Positions 43,655-56,400 of a stretch of 64,000 bases of DNA are shown here, piece after piece. Under the pieces are notes generated by a model. The model was given only the letters and a program-made list of their open reading frames with translations. It had not been told where the DNA came from and ran no database searches. The DNA comes from a virus. The position numbers and the translations under genes were made by a program. Where the stretch lies: the IMG/VR virus record IMGVR_UViG_3300008113_004357, positions 3,285 to 67,284 of that record, one strand, 5' to 3'. How positions within the stretch are numbered: position 1 is the stretch's first letter; each line of letters starts with the position of its first letter.

Positions 43655-46296
43655 TATAAAATCCTACCAGTAAAAATAACATAATTAATTGCTTGATAAG
43701 GGTTCATAATATCAAACGGTTGTCCAACTGCTCCAACGACATCAATGTCACCGGTTGTTGGTAATAGCTGAGCGTTAGTAAGAGTGTTGTTAATGTTAGT
43801 TGTAATAGCTCCAGAGTCTGCCGGAGCTCCGATTGCAAATCGCAAAGCATAATACTGATTACCTGCACTACCTATTAAATCATGAGAGTGTTGAGGTAAT
43901 TGATTTACAGTCAGTGTTTGTTGTCTTGATCCGCCAACTATGCCAGGTGCATTAGCTGAAGGTACTCTAGGTACTGCCGGTGCTCCACCACCACCGTCAA
44001 TATTGCCCAGCGAAGTAAGTGTAAGTCCTGACAAGGATGGGTATGTTACAGGCTGAGGTTGGCAACTACAGACAATAGTTGTGAATCCAGGACTTGGAGT
44101 ATTGTTAGTTATAGAAGTAATAACAACAGGAGCATTAGTAGTTACTAGGCCGTGTCCTAGAACAACTTTACCTAGCTGGAACGGTCCGTTGATTACTAAA
44201 GAATTTTGAACTACAAACTCTACAGAAATAGCACTAATTGTGGTAATTGCATTACGTGTTCCAGAAGTTACTGACGTTTCAATATTAACAGTATTATTAT
44301 TGTCCATATTTTCAACACCAATTGCAAAACGACCTCTGAGATCAGGTAGAGCAAAAGTTTGATAACCTTGTAACAATACTTGGGATCTATAAGTGTACCC
44401 AATTGCAGCAAATAGTTCAGGATATAAAGACTGACGCTGTTCGCTGCCATCACATAACAAATATCCTGGAGGAGGTGTTGCACCTGCAAAGGGGAACACC
44501 GCGCCTGGCGGCACTGTACCTAAATTTTGAAATAAGGTAGTCTTGCTTATTTTTCTTAATGGTGGAGATAACGATGCTCTGTACACCAAGAAGTAATCAC
44601 TGTTTAAAGAATCAGCTACTGGTTCTTTTGTGTTAATAATTTCATCACTGATTGTAGTAACAAACACACCACCGGACTGCGGTGTCACTGTTCCAGTAAC
44701 TGTTGCTGCCGCAATAGTACCAGCAACTGCTGTTGTATACTCAAACCAGTAACCAAAAGTTATGTCTTGACCTATAGCTGTAATAGGTTGATTAGTTATA
44801 CTAAATTGTGAATTACTACAAGATACGTTGATAAACCAACTTACTTGAAACTGATGATCTACTGCGCCTGTAAAAACTCTAGCAGTAAAGTTTGATCTCT
44901 GTGCTCTAGTAAGTGTTCTTGTAGGTGTAGGTTGGCTACCGTTAAATTGAATCAATGTACTGTTAACGTCGCCAGTTAGTCTAAACACAGTATTGGCTGC
45001 TAATCGAGCAGCAGATCCTGTAATACTGCCTGTTAAGTTTCCTGTGAAACTTCCTGTGAAACTGTCGCCAAAATAATTTTTAGCGTAGACATTTCTAAAT
45101 CTTTTGTTACCGCTGCCAACAATACTTGAATCAGCTCCAAGATCGTGTGCTTCATTTGTTCTAGGATTAATAGCAACGCCACCAAGTTGTGTTCCTACTG
45201 TAAGGTGTCCAGTAACATTGATGTCGCCGCCAACATAGGCATTGCCAGTTATGCCTATTCCACCAGTAGTTACAATACTACCAGTAATTGTTGATGTTGA
45301 ATTAGTGTTATCAGTAGTATAAATTTGTCCGTTTAACAACAAATTTCCGTTGATGTCTAAACTAGATCTCTCACTTTGATACGGGGCTGGCATAAAGTCT
45401 GGATTGCTTTTATTAATACCAACTTGACTTAAACCGGTTATAGTAACAACATCTTTAGGTGCATTATTTAGATCGTTAGTTCTTAATACAATAGAAGAAC
45501 CTAATGCTTTGTTTCCTAAAATTGTTTGTTTGTTAGTTGTTGAAATCAGTGTAGTTTCTAACGAATCTCCAATTCTTACACCTGCGGCATTTCGAATATT
45601 AAAAGGAAAGTTAGTAGTACTAGACTGGTCATTTCTTAAAAAATTTGCGGCAGGAACAGTATCGTTACCTACAATCAAAGAGTTAGATTTTTCACTTATT
45701 CCCCAGAACTTAACCGAGTTAATACCGTCAGTGTCAAAGTCTTCTGTGGTTAAATTAACACCCTGTCTTATTTTTTCAAAGCCTGTGATAACTGATTTTG
45801 GAAAGAATTCGTCTTTGCTGATAATAGCAACACGTAGGCCGTTTATATATAATGTAAGAACAGTTCTTTTAGTGTTAGTATCTCTATCGTCAATTTCTTC
45901 TGCTTTGAGTCCCGATGCTGTTCCGCCTTTGAACTCAGGACCAACTAGCACCCATAAAGATCCATTATACAAATAAAGTTGTTGATTAGTTGTATCGACC
46001 CATAAGTCGCCTGTTACACTTTTATCTGACCCTGGAGCAGTATTGGCTTTAATAATATTACCTGCTTCTCTCCAGTTTGTGCCGTCAAACAATCTTAACT
46101 GAGGGCGAGGTGGAGACGAATCTGAATCAGTGTCGTACCATAATTGTCCGACTATAGGATTAGGAGGAGAATTTTTGTTTGCAAAATTTTCTAGTAAATG
46201 TAAGAAATTTTTCCCTACTGGAATAGCAAATTCTGGATAATTTTTTCCTACAAAAGTAAGACTGCGTGTGTAAGCAATCTTGGATTGCCTGTTGTA
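43654..46296 (-). CDS. Tail fibre with collar domain (T4 gp12-like); 5' end disrupted
   Basis: Collar VPPGAVFPFAG...GYLLCDG...YPELFAAIG...FALPDLRGRF; LPQHSH; NPYQAINYVI. The frame is open to 46296 and encodes SLTFVGKNY...FLHLLENFA...GQLWYD upstream of the called TTG (46092) but has no ATG. Confidence 0.75.
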   Translation of the reverse strand, partial: YNRQSKIAYTRSLTFVGKNYPEFAIPVGKNFLHLLENFANKNSPPNPIVGQLWYDTDSDSSPPRPQLRLFDGTNWREAGNIIKANTAPGSDKSVTGDLWVDTTNQQLYLYNGSLWVLVGPEFKGGTASGLKAEEIDDRDTNTKRTVLTLYINGLRVAIISKDEFFPKSVITGFEKIRQGVNLTTEDFDTDGINSVKFWGISEKSNSLIVGNDTVPAANFLRNDQSSTTNFPFNIRNAAGVRIGDSLETTLISTTNKQTILGNKALGSSIVLRTNDLNNAPKDVVTITGLSQVGINKSNPDFMPAPYQSERSSLDINGNLLLNGQIYTTDNTNSTSTITGSIVTTGGIGITGNAYVGGDINVTGHLTVGTQLGGVAINPRTNEAHDLGADSSIVGSGNKRFRNVYAKNYFGDSFTGSFTGNLTGSITGSAARLAANTVFRLTGDVNSTLIQFNGSQPTPTRTLTRAQRSNFTARVFTGAVDHQFQVSWFINVSCSNSQFSITNQPITAIGQDITFGYWFEYTTAVAGTIAAATVTGTVTPQSGGVFVTTISDEIINTKEPVADSLNSDYFLVYRASLSPPLRKISKTTLFQNLGTVPPGAVFPFAGATPPPGYLLCDGSEQRQSLYPELFAAIGYTYRSQVLLQGYQTFALPDLRGRFAIGVENMDNNNTVNIETSVTSGTRNAITTISAISVEFVVQNSLVINGPFQLGKVVLGHGLVTTNAPVVITSITNNTPSPGFTTIVCSCQPQPVTYPSLSGLTLTSLGNIDGGGGAPAVPRVPSANAPGIVGGSRQQTLTVNQLPQHSHDLIGSAGNQYYALRFAIGAPADSGAITTNINNTLTNAQLLPTTGDIDVVGAVGQPFDIMNPYQAINYVIFTGRIL

Positions 46297-46778
46297 CTAT
46301 AACTTACAAGTCCTAATTCATCAAATACAAATTTACTTTCGTTGTCGCTTGTATTATCAAACGCATCTTGTCCTGCTGGTTCGCCGTAGTCTAACAGACA
46401 AGTTACAAATACATCAGTGTAATATTTTCCAGAAACGTGTCTAGTTTCTATTCTATTTCGTGTAGGGTCTAGATTAGATGAAGATCTATCATTTACAATT
46501 TTAGAATATGTTTGATTATACAAACTCGCATTTGTACCAATCGAATTTGGAGTGAGGTAGGTAATAATACCGGTTGGGTCAACTGTAGTTCCCCCGTTCC
46601 CAAATGCCATCGAATTTATAAATCCTTGACCTGTATCAGCAATACTTTCTGCTAGCGCAATACTCATATTTTCATAATGAATAGCATTACGCTTATTAAC
46701 AAAAACTTGTTCCGATACAGGGTCAAAAATCTTTATGTGGCCTTCAATATGAATTCCTGATAGATCTTTACCTTGCAT
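46248..46778 (-). CDS. Virion structural (baseplate/tail-associated) protein, probably C-terminally truncated
   Basis: IEGHIKIFDP, KRNAIHYEN, MAFGNGGT, CLLDYGEP, FDELGL; ends LLTHAVLLL across the junction into the fibre gene. Confidence 0.6.
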   Translation of the reverse strand: MQGKDLSGIHIEGHIKIFDPVSEQVFVNKRNAIHYENMSIALAESIADTGQGFINSMAFGNGGTTVDPTGIITYLTPNSIGTNASLYNQTYSKIVNDRSSSNLDPTRNRIETRHVSGKYYTDVFVTCLLDYGEPAGQDAFDNTSDNESKFVFDELGLVSYSTTGNPRLLTHAVLLL

Positions 46779-46793
46779 ATTAGACTCTTTAAA

Positions 46794-47333
46794 TTATAGA
46801 CGACCAACTACGATTTCAATAACACCTTCTTCGCCATTAAAATCTTCTAACGCTTTTCCAATAACTGAACCTAGTTTTGGATTTTCAGCAGCCTTGGCTC
46901 GGCCGTTGCCAGCACTGACCATAAGATCGCCTTTCTTAACTGAACCGTAAATACCAACAGGAACTCGGCCTTGTAAAGCTACCACTGCGGTATGCTCTCC
47001 AAGACTTACAGCACATTCTAGTTGGCTGTTCATAATAAATCCTGGATTAAAAGAAACAACTCCTGCAACTCTTGCTGTATCTTCTGTTGCTACTGTAACT
47101 TCTTGGGCGCCGCCAAACATTAAAACTGTGCCAGGCTCGTAAACTGCATCGGCAACATATTTTTCAGCTAAATCGGCGTAACGGCTTGACGTTGCAGTTC
47201 CTTGAAACAGTCCTGCATTTAAGTTTCCATCAGCATCTCTACATGCTATGGTGAATGGTGTACCGGTGCTTGCGGTATCGATGCTAGCTTCTCTGTAAAG
47301 CTGGCCTACTTTTAGTGTATCTGCTTGAGACAT
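46794..47333 (-). CDS. Free-standing tail-fibre C-terminal (ADLAEKY chaperone-like) module
   Basis: Own AGGAG SD and upstream CTAAATA; aligns by eye with the last ~180 aa of 38593..40377. Confidence 0.75.
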   Translation of the reverse strand: MSQADTLKVGQLYREASIDTASTGTPFTIACRDADGNLNAGLFQGTATSSRYADLAEKYVADAVYEPGTVLMFGGAQEVTVATEDTARVAGVVSFNPGFIMNSQLECAVSLGEHTAVVALQGRVPVGIYGSVKKGDLMVSAGNGRAKAAENPKLGSVIGKALEDFNGEEGVIEIVVGRL

Positions 47334-47415
47334 AATAAAGACTCCTAATATTTTATATTTAGTTAAATCAAAAACTACGGTTTTTGTCGTGATAAACTGC
47401 TACTTTGATTCCTTT

Positions 47416-50400
47416 TTAATATTTATCTTGATACTTATTTGGCCAAACTGACGGGGTATCTTTTAAGAAACTAGCTATCGTATTATTAGATTTAGCCAGT
47501 CTCTGTCCTAGATCGTTCCATAGTTTGCCCTGCTTTTTAACTACTACAACTTTAAGCTCAACTTTTGCATTATTAGCTAAAGTTTTAATAGGTAACTCAG
47601 TTAATTGTAAACGAGTCGTTCCAGTTGTGTTAAATTCTTTAACAACTGTTTGATCTCCTTCAGGGCTGTACGGATATTCAGTGTTAAGATACTCTGTGTA
47701 TTCAGATTTTCTTAATCTTCTTCCGCCTACAAAAATTTCAATTTCATTGATTTTTGGAATATAGGGTAACTCTATAATACCCTGAGTGTACAATAACGGA
47801 TCGTCAATTGGATTGCCTGTTTTAACTATTTCAGTATCTTTATAAGGAATTGTTTCAGAAGCACCAATGCCCTGAACTACGCTACCTGATTCGTGATAAA
47901 CCGGCAGGCCTGTTCCTAGTGTACCTCGACGCAACTGTCCTAGATTATTACCAGTCTTGCTAAAATATTCAATACGTTCTCCGTTAATTTCAATAATTCC
48001 AGGAATATTTTTAGCAGGATTTGGATCATCTAACGCTGAAGAATCTACAACAGATATTGTGTTATCACCCTGATATAGATTTCGTGTTAGTGTTGTGGCT
48101 TTATTCTTATTAAGTCTCTTATAATGAACTCTGTTCAATATATCCTTAAACTGCATGTAGCCAAAACTTTCACTTACTACGGTATTTGTAAAGGCAATAA
48201 TCTGAATAGCATCAGCATCTGTTAGATAATTTGCTAATCTTATAGTGATATGATCTTTATCAAGATAGTAATCAACATTGTTGATTAGTAAATTACCATT
48301 CTTAATTACCCATACAAAATCACCGGACACCGCAGTTTTACGCAGTCTAAAACTGCCGCCTAGCTTGCCTGCAAGTTCATAAAAATCTGGAGTGCCTGGA
48401 GCAATTTGTGTAATCGGAATAAGCGTATCGATTGTTCTTTCTACATCTAAAATATTATGATTATAGAAACTAACAATTTCAAATTTAGTTCCGTTTGTAT
48501 ATGTATTTTTAAATGTAATTGAATTAGTAGTTGTGATATAATCTCCAGTATTATCTATCACTACAGAAAAATCTTTACCTTCTTGATATCTAATTTGATT
48601 GAGAATTACTGTAATATTTGGAGGATTTTGTCTTACAACAAAATTAGCAGAAATAGTTGCACCACTGCCTGTGCCGCCTGAAATTGCAAACGGACTTGTA
48701 GGAGGTGTAACATATACGCCCAATCCTACTACAATAACTTCTTGAATCTCTCCAGTAAATTGATTAATACGTGTAACTTCTAATTTAACAGGAGAGCCAG
48801 CAATGCCTTGATCACCACCAATTGCATCAATAATGTCACCTACAATATAACCAGTTCCGCCGGAAGGAACAACTGAATCTTTTTCAACTTCATAGGTAAA
48901 AATTGTATAATCTAGTTCAACATTAAAGTCAGGACCTTGTACTAGCTCTTCTTCATCAATATAAACTTTTACATCGTTAGTATTAATTAAACTAGGATCG
49001 TACTTGTGATCTTTTAAACTATATGATAACAGATTGTTTGTCATAGTGAAATAATCAGCTGCTCTAGGAGTAAGAAAACTTTGACCTTGTTTTACTAACA
49101 CATTTTGGTCGTAAGGTTTGTTTGTGCCAATCTTGTTAGAAAGATTGTATGTAGATTGTCCTGTTAGATATACTATCTCTTCCGATCTAACAATAGTAGC
49201 ATTATTTTCTACATTTCCAGAGTCAATAATATAATTTATTAGTGCGCCCATTGCCGGCGGAGTAGCAAATTGGATTCCTATTCTTGATCTCCAAGATTGA
49301 TCTATCTTATCTGTATACTCGTCGTCTGTGCTGAACAGCGAATATTCTGCTAATTCACCGTTGACTAGTACAATGGCTGTAGCAGTTACAAACCATCCTG
49401 CTTTAGTAATAAATTCTTTAGTAACTCCATCGCCAACAAAATAATCAGTATCTAACATGTTAGACGATGAAAATCCAATACTTATAATTGAAATTACCTG
49501 ATTTGCTGGCGGCATTGTTGTAAATTCTATTTTGTTATTTTGATAATCAATTATATAATCATCATCTATTTTTTTAATTTGATCATCAATTTTAACAATT
49601 ACTGAAGTATCAATTTGTCCAGGAACAAGTTCTTCTGTTCCGCCATTGCGTTCAACAGAAACAAAATCATCTCCATCTAATACAATATCATCAGGTGATA
49701 AACCTGTTGCACTGGTTAACGCACCGTTATTGAACGAACCTCCAGACAACTGTGTGTCGTAGGTATCTTCGTCCATTGGGTAACTACCATCCGATTCTTG
49801 CTTTCTAAATATGATTCTATCACCATATTTTCCAGCAAACTGTGTAGTTTGAATTTCTCTTAATTGTAAATTTACAGATACAGGAACATTAATAATGTCA
49901 AAAGCATTATTTCCAGTAAATGTTAACATCACTGCATCTGCATTTGTCTGTAATGGAGTACTGTAATAAGGATCATCAATTCGTACTGGAGTATCGTACT
50001 TGTTACCCCAAACATAACCTCCTATACCTAGTTGAGGTGTTTCTTCTAAAATAATAATAAACTCTTTGTTTGACACAAGTCGTTTAACAATATGAATACC
50101 ATTACAGTTAGGATCAGGATCACTAGGATTAGCTTTAACTACTCCTTCAATAATAATAGTTGCGCCAAGATCTAATTTATGATCTTCTTGCGTTACAATT
50201 TTTACTGCATTTGATTCGCTGTTAAACACAGTAATTGAATTAATTAGCGAAACATTAAACCTAGAAACGTAGGTGTTTACCTGTTGATTATTTGACGGAA
50301 TATAAGGCAATCTAAACTCTGTGACGCCAGATTGTGTAACTGTGACTATATAATCGGTAAATTTTGGATTATAATTATCCCATAACCCAACACCCCACGG

Positions 50401-53400
50401 AACTGCATTCCAACCATAGTTAATACCTAGGTCAATTCCGTTAATGGTTACTCCACCGTAGTCTACGCCCTGCATCAACTGATCTAAATCTTTTCCTAGT
50501 TGTCCAGTTACAGGATTGTAATAATAATTAATTCTGTCAGTTGCTGATAGATGATTAAAGTTTTTAGTGTACTCAATAGTAATTACACTACCAACTGCTG
50601 GAGCAATTGTAAATGTAAGTAGTCCTGAATAGCTGGTATATCCTCTAGTTGTAGATGTTATTGTAGTTAATGTATAATCACTACGTAGCATTTCTACACC
50701 ATTAATTGTAACATAAGAATTACCGTAGGTAATATCAGGACTCCATCTCAACGGAAACTGTGTCTTTGATCCTGAAACAATGTTTCCAGAGAACGTTTCA
50801 TTTTCAATAAGGTCAGTTAATAGATATGTTCCAGAAATTCGATCAAACTTAACAGTAATTTGATTTGATCTTATTAACGGATTTCCTATAATGGCTATTG
50901 CTTTAGCAGGTGTTCCTGTTGGGCTTAATCCGCCTTTGATTTCAATTACAGGTGCTTTACTAAAATAGCCACCATAGTTAGTAATTTCAATTCTATTAAT
51001 TTTACCATTAGAAATATAAGCTTTTGCTGTTGGATTGATTGTAACTAGCTGTTGATTACTTTCATTAGTGCTTACGCCAGTTCCTGTTATTTTTATCACA
51101 GGCGGAGTTACATATCCGCTGCCTGCATCTAATACTTTAATTTCGATTAAAGAAAATCCAATATGTTTTACAGTAAAACTATTAAAATAATCTAGACTGT
51201 CTAAATTAGTTGTCTGACTGGTAACGATTCCGTTTTCATCTACTAAAATATTTTTATTCTGAATCTGATACGAGTCTGTGACAGTTGGCAATAAATCAAA
51301 ATCTGATACAAATGTTCTAGTTGGATCTATTGCATTGTAGTTACTGACAAATTCTCTTACCTTTGTTCTATAAGGTTTTACTTCTTTAATATATTCTTCA
51401 AAGAATTCAAGATTATCACTGTTGTATGTGACTTTCTGTTTGAGTTCGCCTACATTATGTTGACCTTTAACAAAACTTGTTTTAAATGCCCAGTCAATGT
51501 ATAGTTGTTCTGTAAGAGCATATCTTACACCGGCAAAGAATAATTTTAAGTATTCGCCTTGCAATTCGTCAACTAAAATTTTATTTTTAATTGTGTTTAA
51601 AATAATTCTTAATTCAGCTTCTGGGTTTCCGTCAAAGCTAAACGTATCGTATAACGGTCCATCGTAGCCCAATGTATTTGTAGTAAATTTATAAAGGGTC
51701 GAATTAAACTGAATTGAACCTTGTTGTCTACCAACTACTACATAATTGTTTTCTGTAAGGAAAAAAGATTGTGCTATCTTTTTAAATAATACCCAGCCGC
51801 CTGATCCAATATTGGCAACTTTGACTATGCTTCCAGTAGGAATTTCTGTAGTAATTAACTCATAAGTGTTGCTGACTAGATAATCGATCTTTGTAAATTC
51901 ATTGTAAGTTTCAATTATTCCAGTTGTAGGATCTGTATAAGATCCATACCAATCTATATAAGACCAATATTTTCTTACATCATAACTTTGTGCTTTAATT
52001 TTACTCCAAATTCTGTTAACAGTATCCCAAGTATAAATTGTCCAAGCATCGCTGTTAGTAGAATCAGACTGTACTAGTACACAGAAATTTCTTACTACTA
52101 TTCGTGTGCCGGACGCATATCCTTCTCCAGAATTTTCAATAAGTATCTCAATAATTTTACCTTCAGCATCAATAACTGATTTTAATGCAGCGCCCGTGCC
52201 GCTGCCACTGATAGTTAGAGCTGGACCAAACCAGCTTATAGGATCGTTGTTTACATCTACTTTATAGACTTTAAGTCTACCATAGTTTTTACCAGGATTG
52301 ACAATATTAGCAGAAACTATTCTACCATTGAGCAACACTGGGGTAATAACAGCCTGTCGAATTAGAGTTGTTTGTACAAACTGTAATTCTTCTTCAGTGT
52401 CAATCTTCTGGTCCCACAGTCCAGATACAATAGTTGGTTGTGCTTCAAATTTTTGCAGGTCTGATAGATCGTAATCATCAGCTAACAGTTTATCTTTAAG
52501 AACTAGGTTAACTCTTTCTACAAATTGTTTTAAAGCTTCAATTCTGTTGGCAAACATACCCTGTCTAGGTCTAAACTCAATACCGTATTTTTTCTTTTCA
52601 GGTAAAGAGATATCTGGAACTGGTCTTCCATTTTCATCTCTGCCAACTAAACTATGGAACCATTTTTGTTCAATGGCAAATGGAATCTCTGTGCTTCGAT
52701 TAGTGCTTAATAATTTCCATTCACTGTGATAGTTACTTTCTTTATAATCAGACTTCCAATATTGAATATTAACTGCAACATTTTTTGCGTTTAAGTATTT
52801 TTTACAATTTACTAAACTAAAACTGTTTGGTCCTGTGAATGCAATATAGCTATACCCGTATGAAGTTGGATCGGCAATTAGTTGCGAAATATTAAGAGCT
52901 GTAAAAGTTCTGCCTTCAATATTTGGTATTGTTGTTTTATTCTTTACCCAGAAATAGTAAGTTTCTTTAAATGTCTGACTTACTGAATCGTAGCGTTTCT
53001 TTACACTATAAACTGAATCGTCATATTTTGTAGTGCCAGTAACACCCTGAGCAAGACCTTTATCTGTGCCAGACACTTTATTCCATTGAGAAGGAAGGAT
53101 GGAACTTTCTACCCATTCATAGATATCAATGCTGGCAAATGGATGAGGTTTATTCCAGTTTGTTGTTCTGTAACTTACATCCCCTGACTGAGAATCTATG
53201 AACCTTGCAGTGGATAAATCCCACCATAAAGCTCCAACAGCTGATTTAGTCCAATTTGATGTTTCGTCAACTGTTACAGAATCCGTTCCTACAGAATAAT
53301 TTGCAGGATCAAAGTAAGTTTTATATTTGATTTCTTGATCAGCGATGCCGGGAATTTTACCGTAAACTGGATCTACTACATCAAGATATCTAATAAGTTT

Positions 53401-56400
53401 TCCAGTTTCTGTGCTATACAAATAAACTTTTTTAATTTTAGTTACATCAACGTTTGGTATTTGTTCGTAATGTTTTTGCCAACTGCTTTCAGTAGCAGAT
53501 TTAACATAAGAATATACTCTACCAGATCCAGTGTAATTAATAGAAGACACTACTCTATCAACATCAGATTCTGCCGCAAATGATAATAGTAGAGTGTTAT
53601 TATAACTAGAAATGTTTGTAATGTTTATTGTTCGTTTAGCAGTCAACGCACCTACAACAAAAGTTCTTGGTGCTGCAATATTATATGTACCTGTTAATCC
53701 ATTGCCTGTGCCATTAGAAACAATTTTTACAGGTTGGAGATTATTTCCGTAGACGGTAGCACCTACTTCAATTCTTCCCAAAGTAACATTAGTCACAGTT
53801 AGTGTTGTACCAGAGATAGAACCGACAAACGCAGCATCGGACGTTGGAGTAATTGTTTCTCCAAAGATAAATGTTGAATCTAGCAGATCAAAAATATCAA
53901 CTTTGTTTTCGTTTGAAGTTCTTTCAAATACTGTTAAGTTAGAATCAAAGGTAGTTGAATTTGAATCAAATAAGGTAGCATCAATTCCCGAGCTTACAGA
54001 ATAAGAATATAAACTCTTGTCATTGTTTAAAAATCCAATGTCTGTACCAAACTGCTCTGATCTGTATTCTCTAGGACTTCTTAAAACTTGTCCTATTCCT
54101 GCTGCCGGATCATGTACAAAACTAGCGTTTACATATTTGTAAATTCTTATTTCACCTACGTCAGTTTTTCCGTTCACATCTGTTCTAGATACTCCAATAG
54201 CTAGAGTAAGACCATCACCGGACAACGCCACTGATTGACCTAATCTTTCTTGATTTAATCCTGAAAAAGATACCAGACTACTATAAGTAAGTTCATATTC
54301 ATAGACAAATACTTTTCCAGAGTTTAAGTTATCTCCGGGAGCAGATATTGCTAATATTCTTCCACTATTAGAACAGGCAATATCAAATCCAAAATATTCA
54401 TTTGTTGATATACCTGCCGGTGCTGGTATTGTTGCTCCTGCTAGCCAACCACCACCAGTAATAATAAAATATTCGTAGACTCTGCCTGTATTACTAGCAT
54501 AGCCTGTAGCTGCTACAAACAATTTATATTCAATATCAGTTGCTTTGATCAAAGCAAGACTACTGCCAAATTTATCGCCGGCTGTTTGTCCTACTAATGT
54601 TTCAGTTATTTCAAATGCTCCAGACTGTTGTCTATAGTAAATTTGTACTTGGCCTTTGTCAGAATCGTGTGTAGGTATACCTACTGCTAACCAACGTCCG
54701 TCAGGACTAAATTTTAAAGTAGAGGCAACTACATCCGGAATTCTATCAAATAGCGACCATGAATTATCGTTTGATCCTTTTTGGTATAGTGCTACATATT
54801 CGGCAGTAGCTACTGCGGCTAAATTACCAGATCCGTCTATTGCCATGCAACGGCCAAAGTTAAAAGAATTAGCAGGTTCTAAATTAACTAAATCATCTTT
54901 TCTATAAACAGGATTGTTTTTATAAACAATATAGTTACCTGCTTGATTACTATCGATCCATGCTAACTCACCTGGCTTAAACTCTTCTGGAAGATAAGAA
55001 TTTAAAGTAGTAATATGCGGAGAACGTTGTTTAAAAATTTTATATGTTACGATTGTACTGCTATCAGCAAAAGACTGCCAGCCCTGCACATCTTTAACAA
55101 ATTTAAATTGATTCCCAGTTACTGCTGTAACCTTATGGAATCCGTTTAATTTTTCTGTTCCTTTAATACCAATTATATCACCAACTGCCAGCGGAGGTAG
55201 TGCAAAAGAAGTTACAGTTACTTGTTTAGTGGAATTTTCGTAAGTTACTGTTTTAACTTTTAAATCATACAAGCTAAATCTATACACTGACCAATCTCTA
55301 GACTCAAATGCTGCCCAGATGTAGTCACCATTAGAAAACTCATCTATGTTTAAAGTAAGAACATTGGCTATTGACTTTACTGTAGTTTTTACATCTTCAG
55401 ATCTTACATAACCACTGGTTCTTAAAAATCTATTAGTTGTACGAGTTGGCCATATGTTGTTTGTATAACCTAACGGTTTGATATAAAGATCGGTAGGCTT
55501 ATATCTATAGACAAAATCTTTTTCATTAATATCAATAGAATCAACTAATTCAAATGATTGAGGATTTATTTTAAATTTATTTTCATCTAGAATAAATTCG
55601 ACTTCGTCAAAAGTATCTACTGCTCCGTATTCTCCAACACGGAAGGCCCACTCTTCATCAAAAGTTAGACTTTCTTGATCTGCTGCGCTTAACACATCAA
55701 AAAGTTTATTTAGAACATTTTGTGTGCCTTTTTCAATGATCATACCTTGATAGAACTTATACTGACTTACATCATTTTGAATAATGTTTTCAAGGTACTG
55801 TCGCTTCTGATAACCAATCAAATGTTGTGCAACTTTTTGCTGTCCAGCATCAAAGTTGTCTGTGTCAAGATCATAGAAGTCTGTAAACTGCTCTGCTCTA
55901 TAATCCCAGTTAGGCAATAGTTGAGGCGTAGGTGTTTCTTCTAAAACGACCCAAGTGTCATCGTTGAATTCTTTAACTCCTTGGATTCGCTCTTTTGCAG
56001 CATAATAGAATTGTTTGTATTTTACAATGTCACCAAGGTTATAATCAGTCCATGGTTCCCATTCTTGAATCTTGGCTTCGTCATAGATGAATCCTTTGAT
56101 TTCAAAACCTCCAGTCCAATTAGCTGCTACATATCCTACAACTTTAATTCTTTCCTGATGGTAACCAGCTTCAATATCATAGATAGTATCGTTGAATAAA
56201 GTTTTATTGTCAATAACAACTACATGTTCTTTCTGTATTAAATGTAAAGTAATCCCGTATATACCGTAATTGGTATTCTCTGGTTCGATCACAAATTGAT
56301 TTTCGTTTCTATAAACTTTTATAAATTCTTCATCTAACTTTTGTCCGTCTACACGAAGAACACTATAATTGTAAAAATTATCTGTTAAATCAGCAACAAC

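Noticed and set aside
38558-45976. Long plus-strand ORFs opposite the fibre genes (38558-39097, 39326-39841, 40572-41144, 42540-42932, 45509-45976)
   Set aside because: These are antisense shadows of Gly/Thr/Ala/Val-rich codons, with no SD or recognisable motifs.
47369-47386. Intrinsic terminator for the giant gene
   Set aside because: The stem is mostly A-U, there is no separate U-tract after it on the minus strand, and the stable UNCG loop is on the opposite strand.
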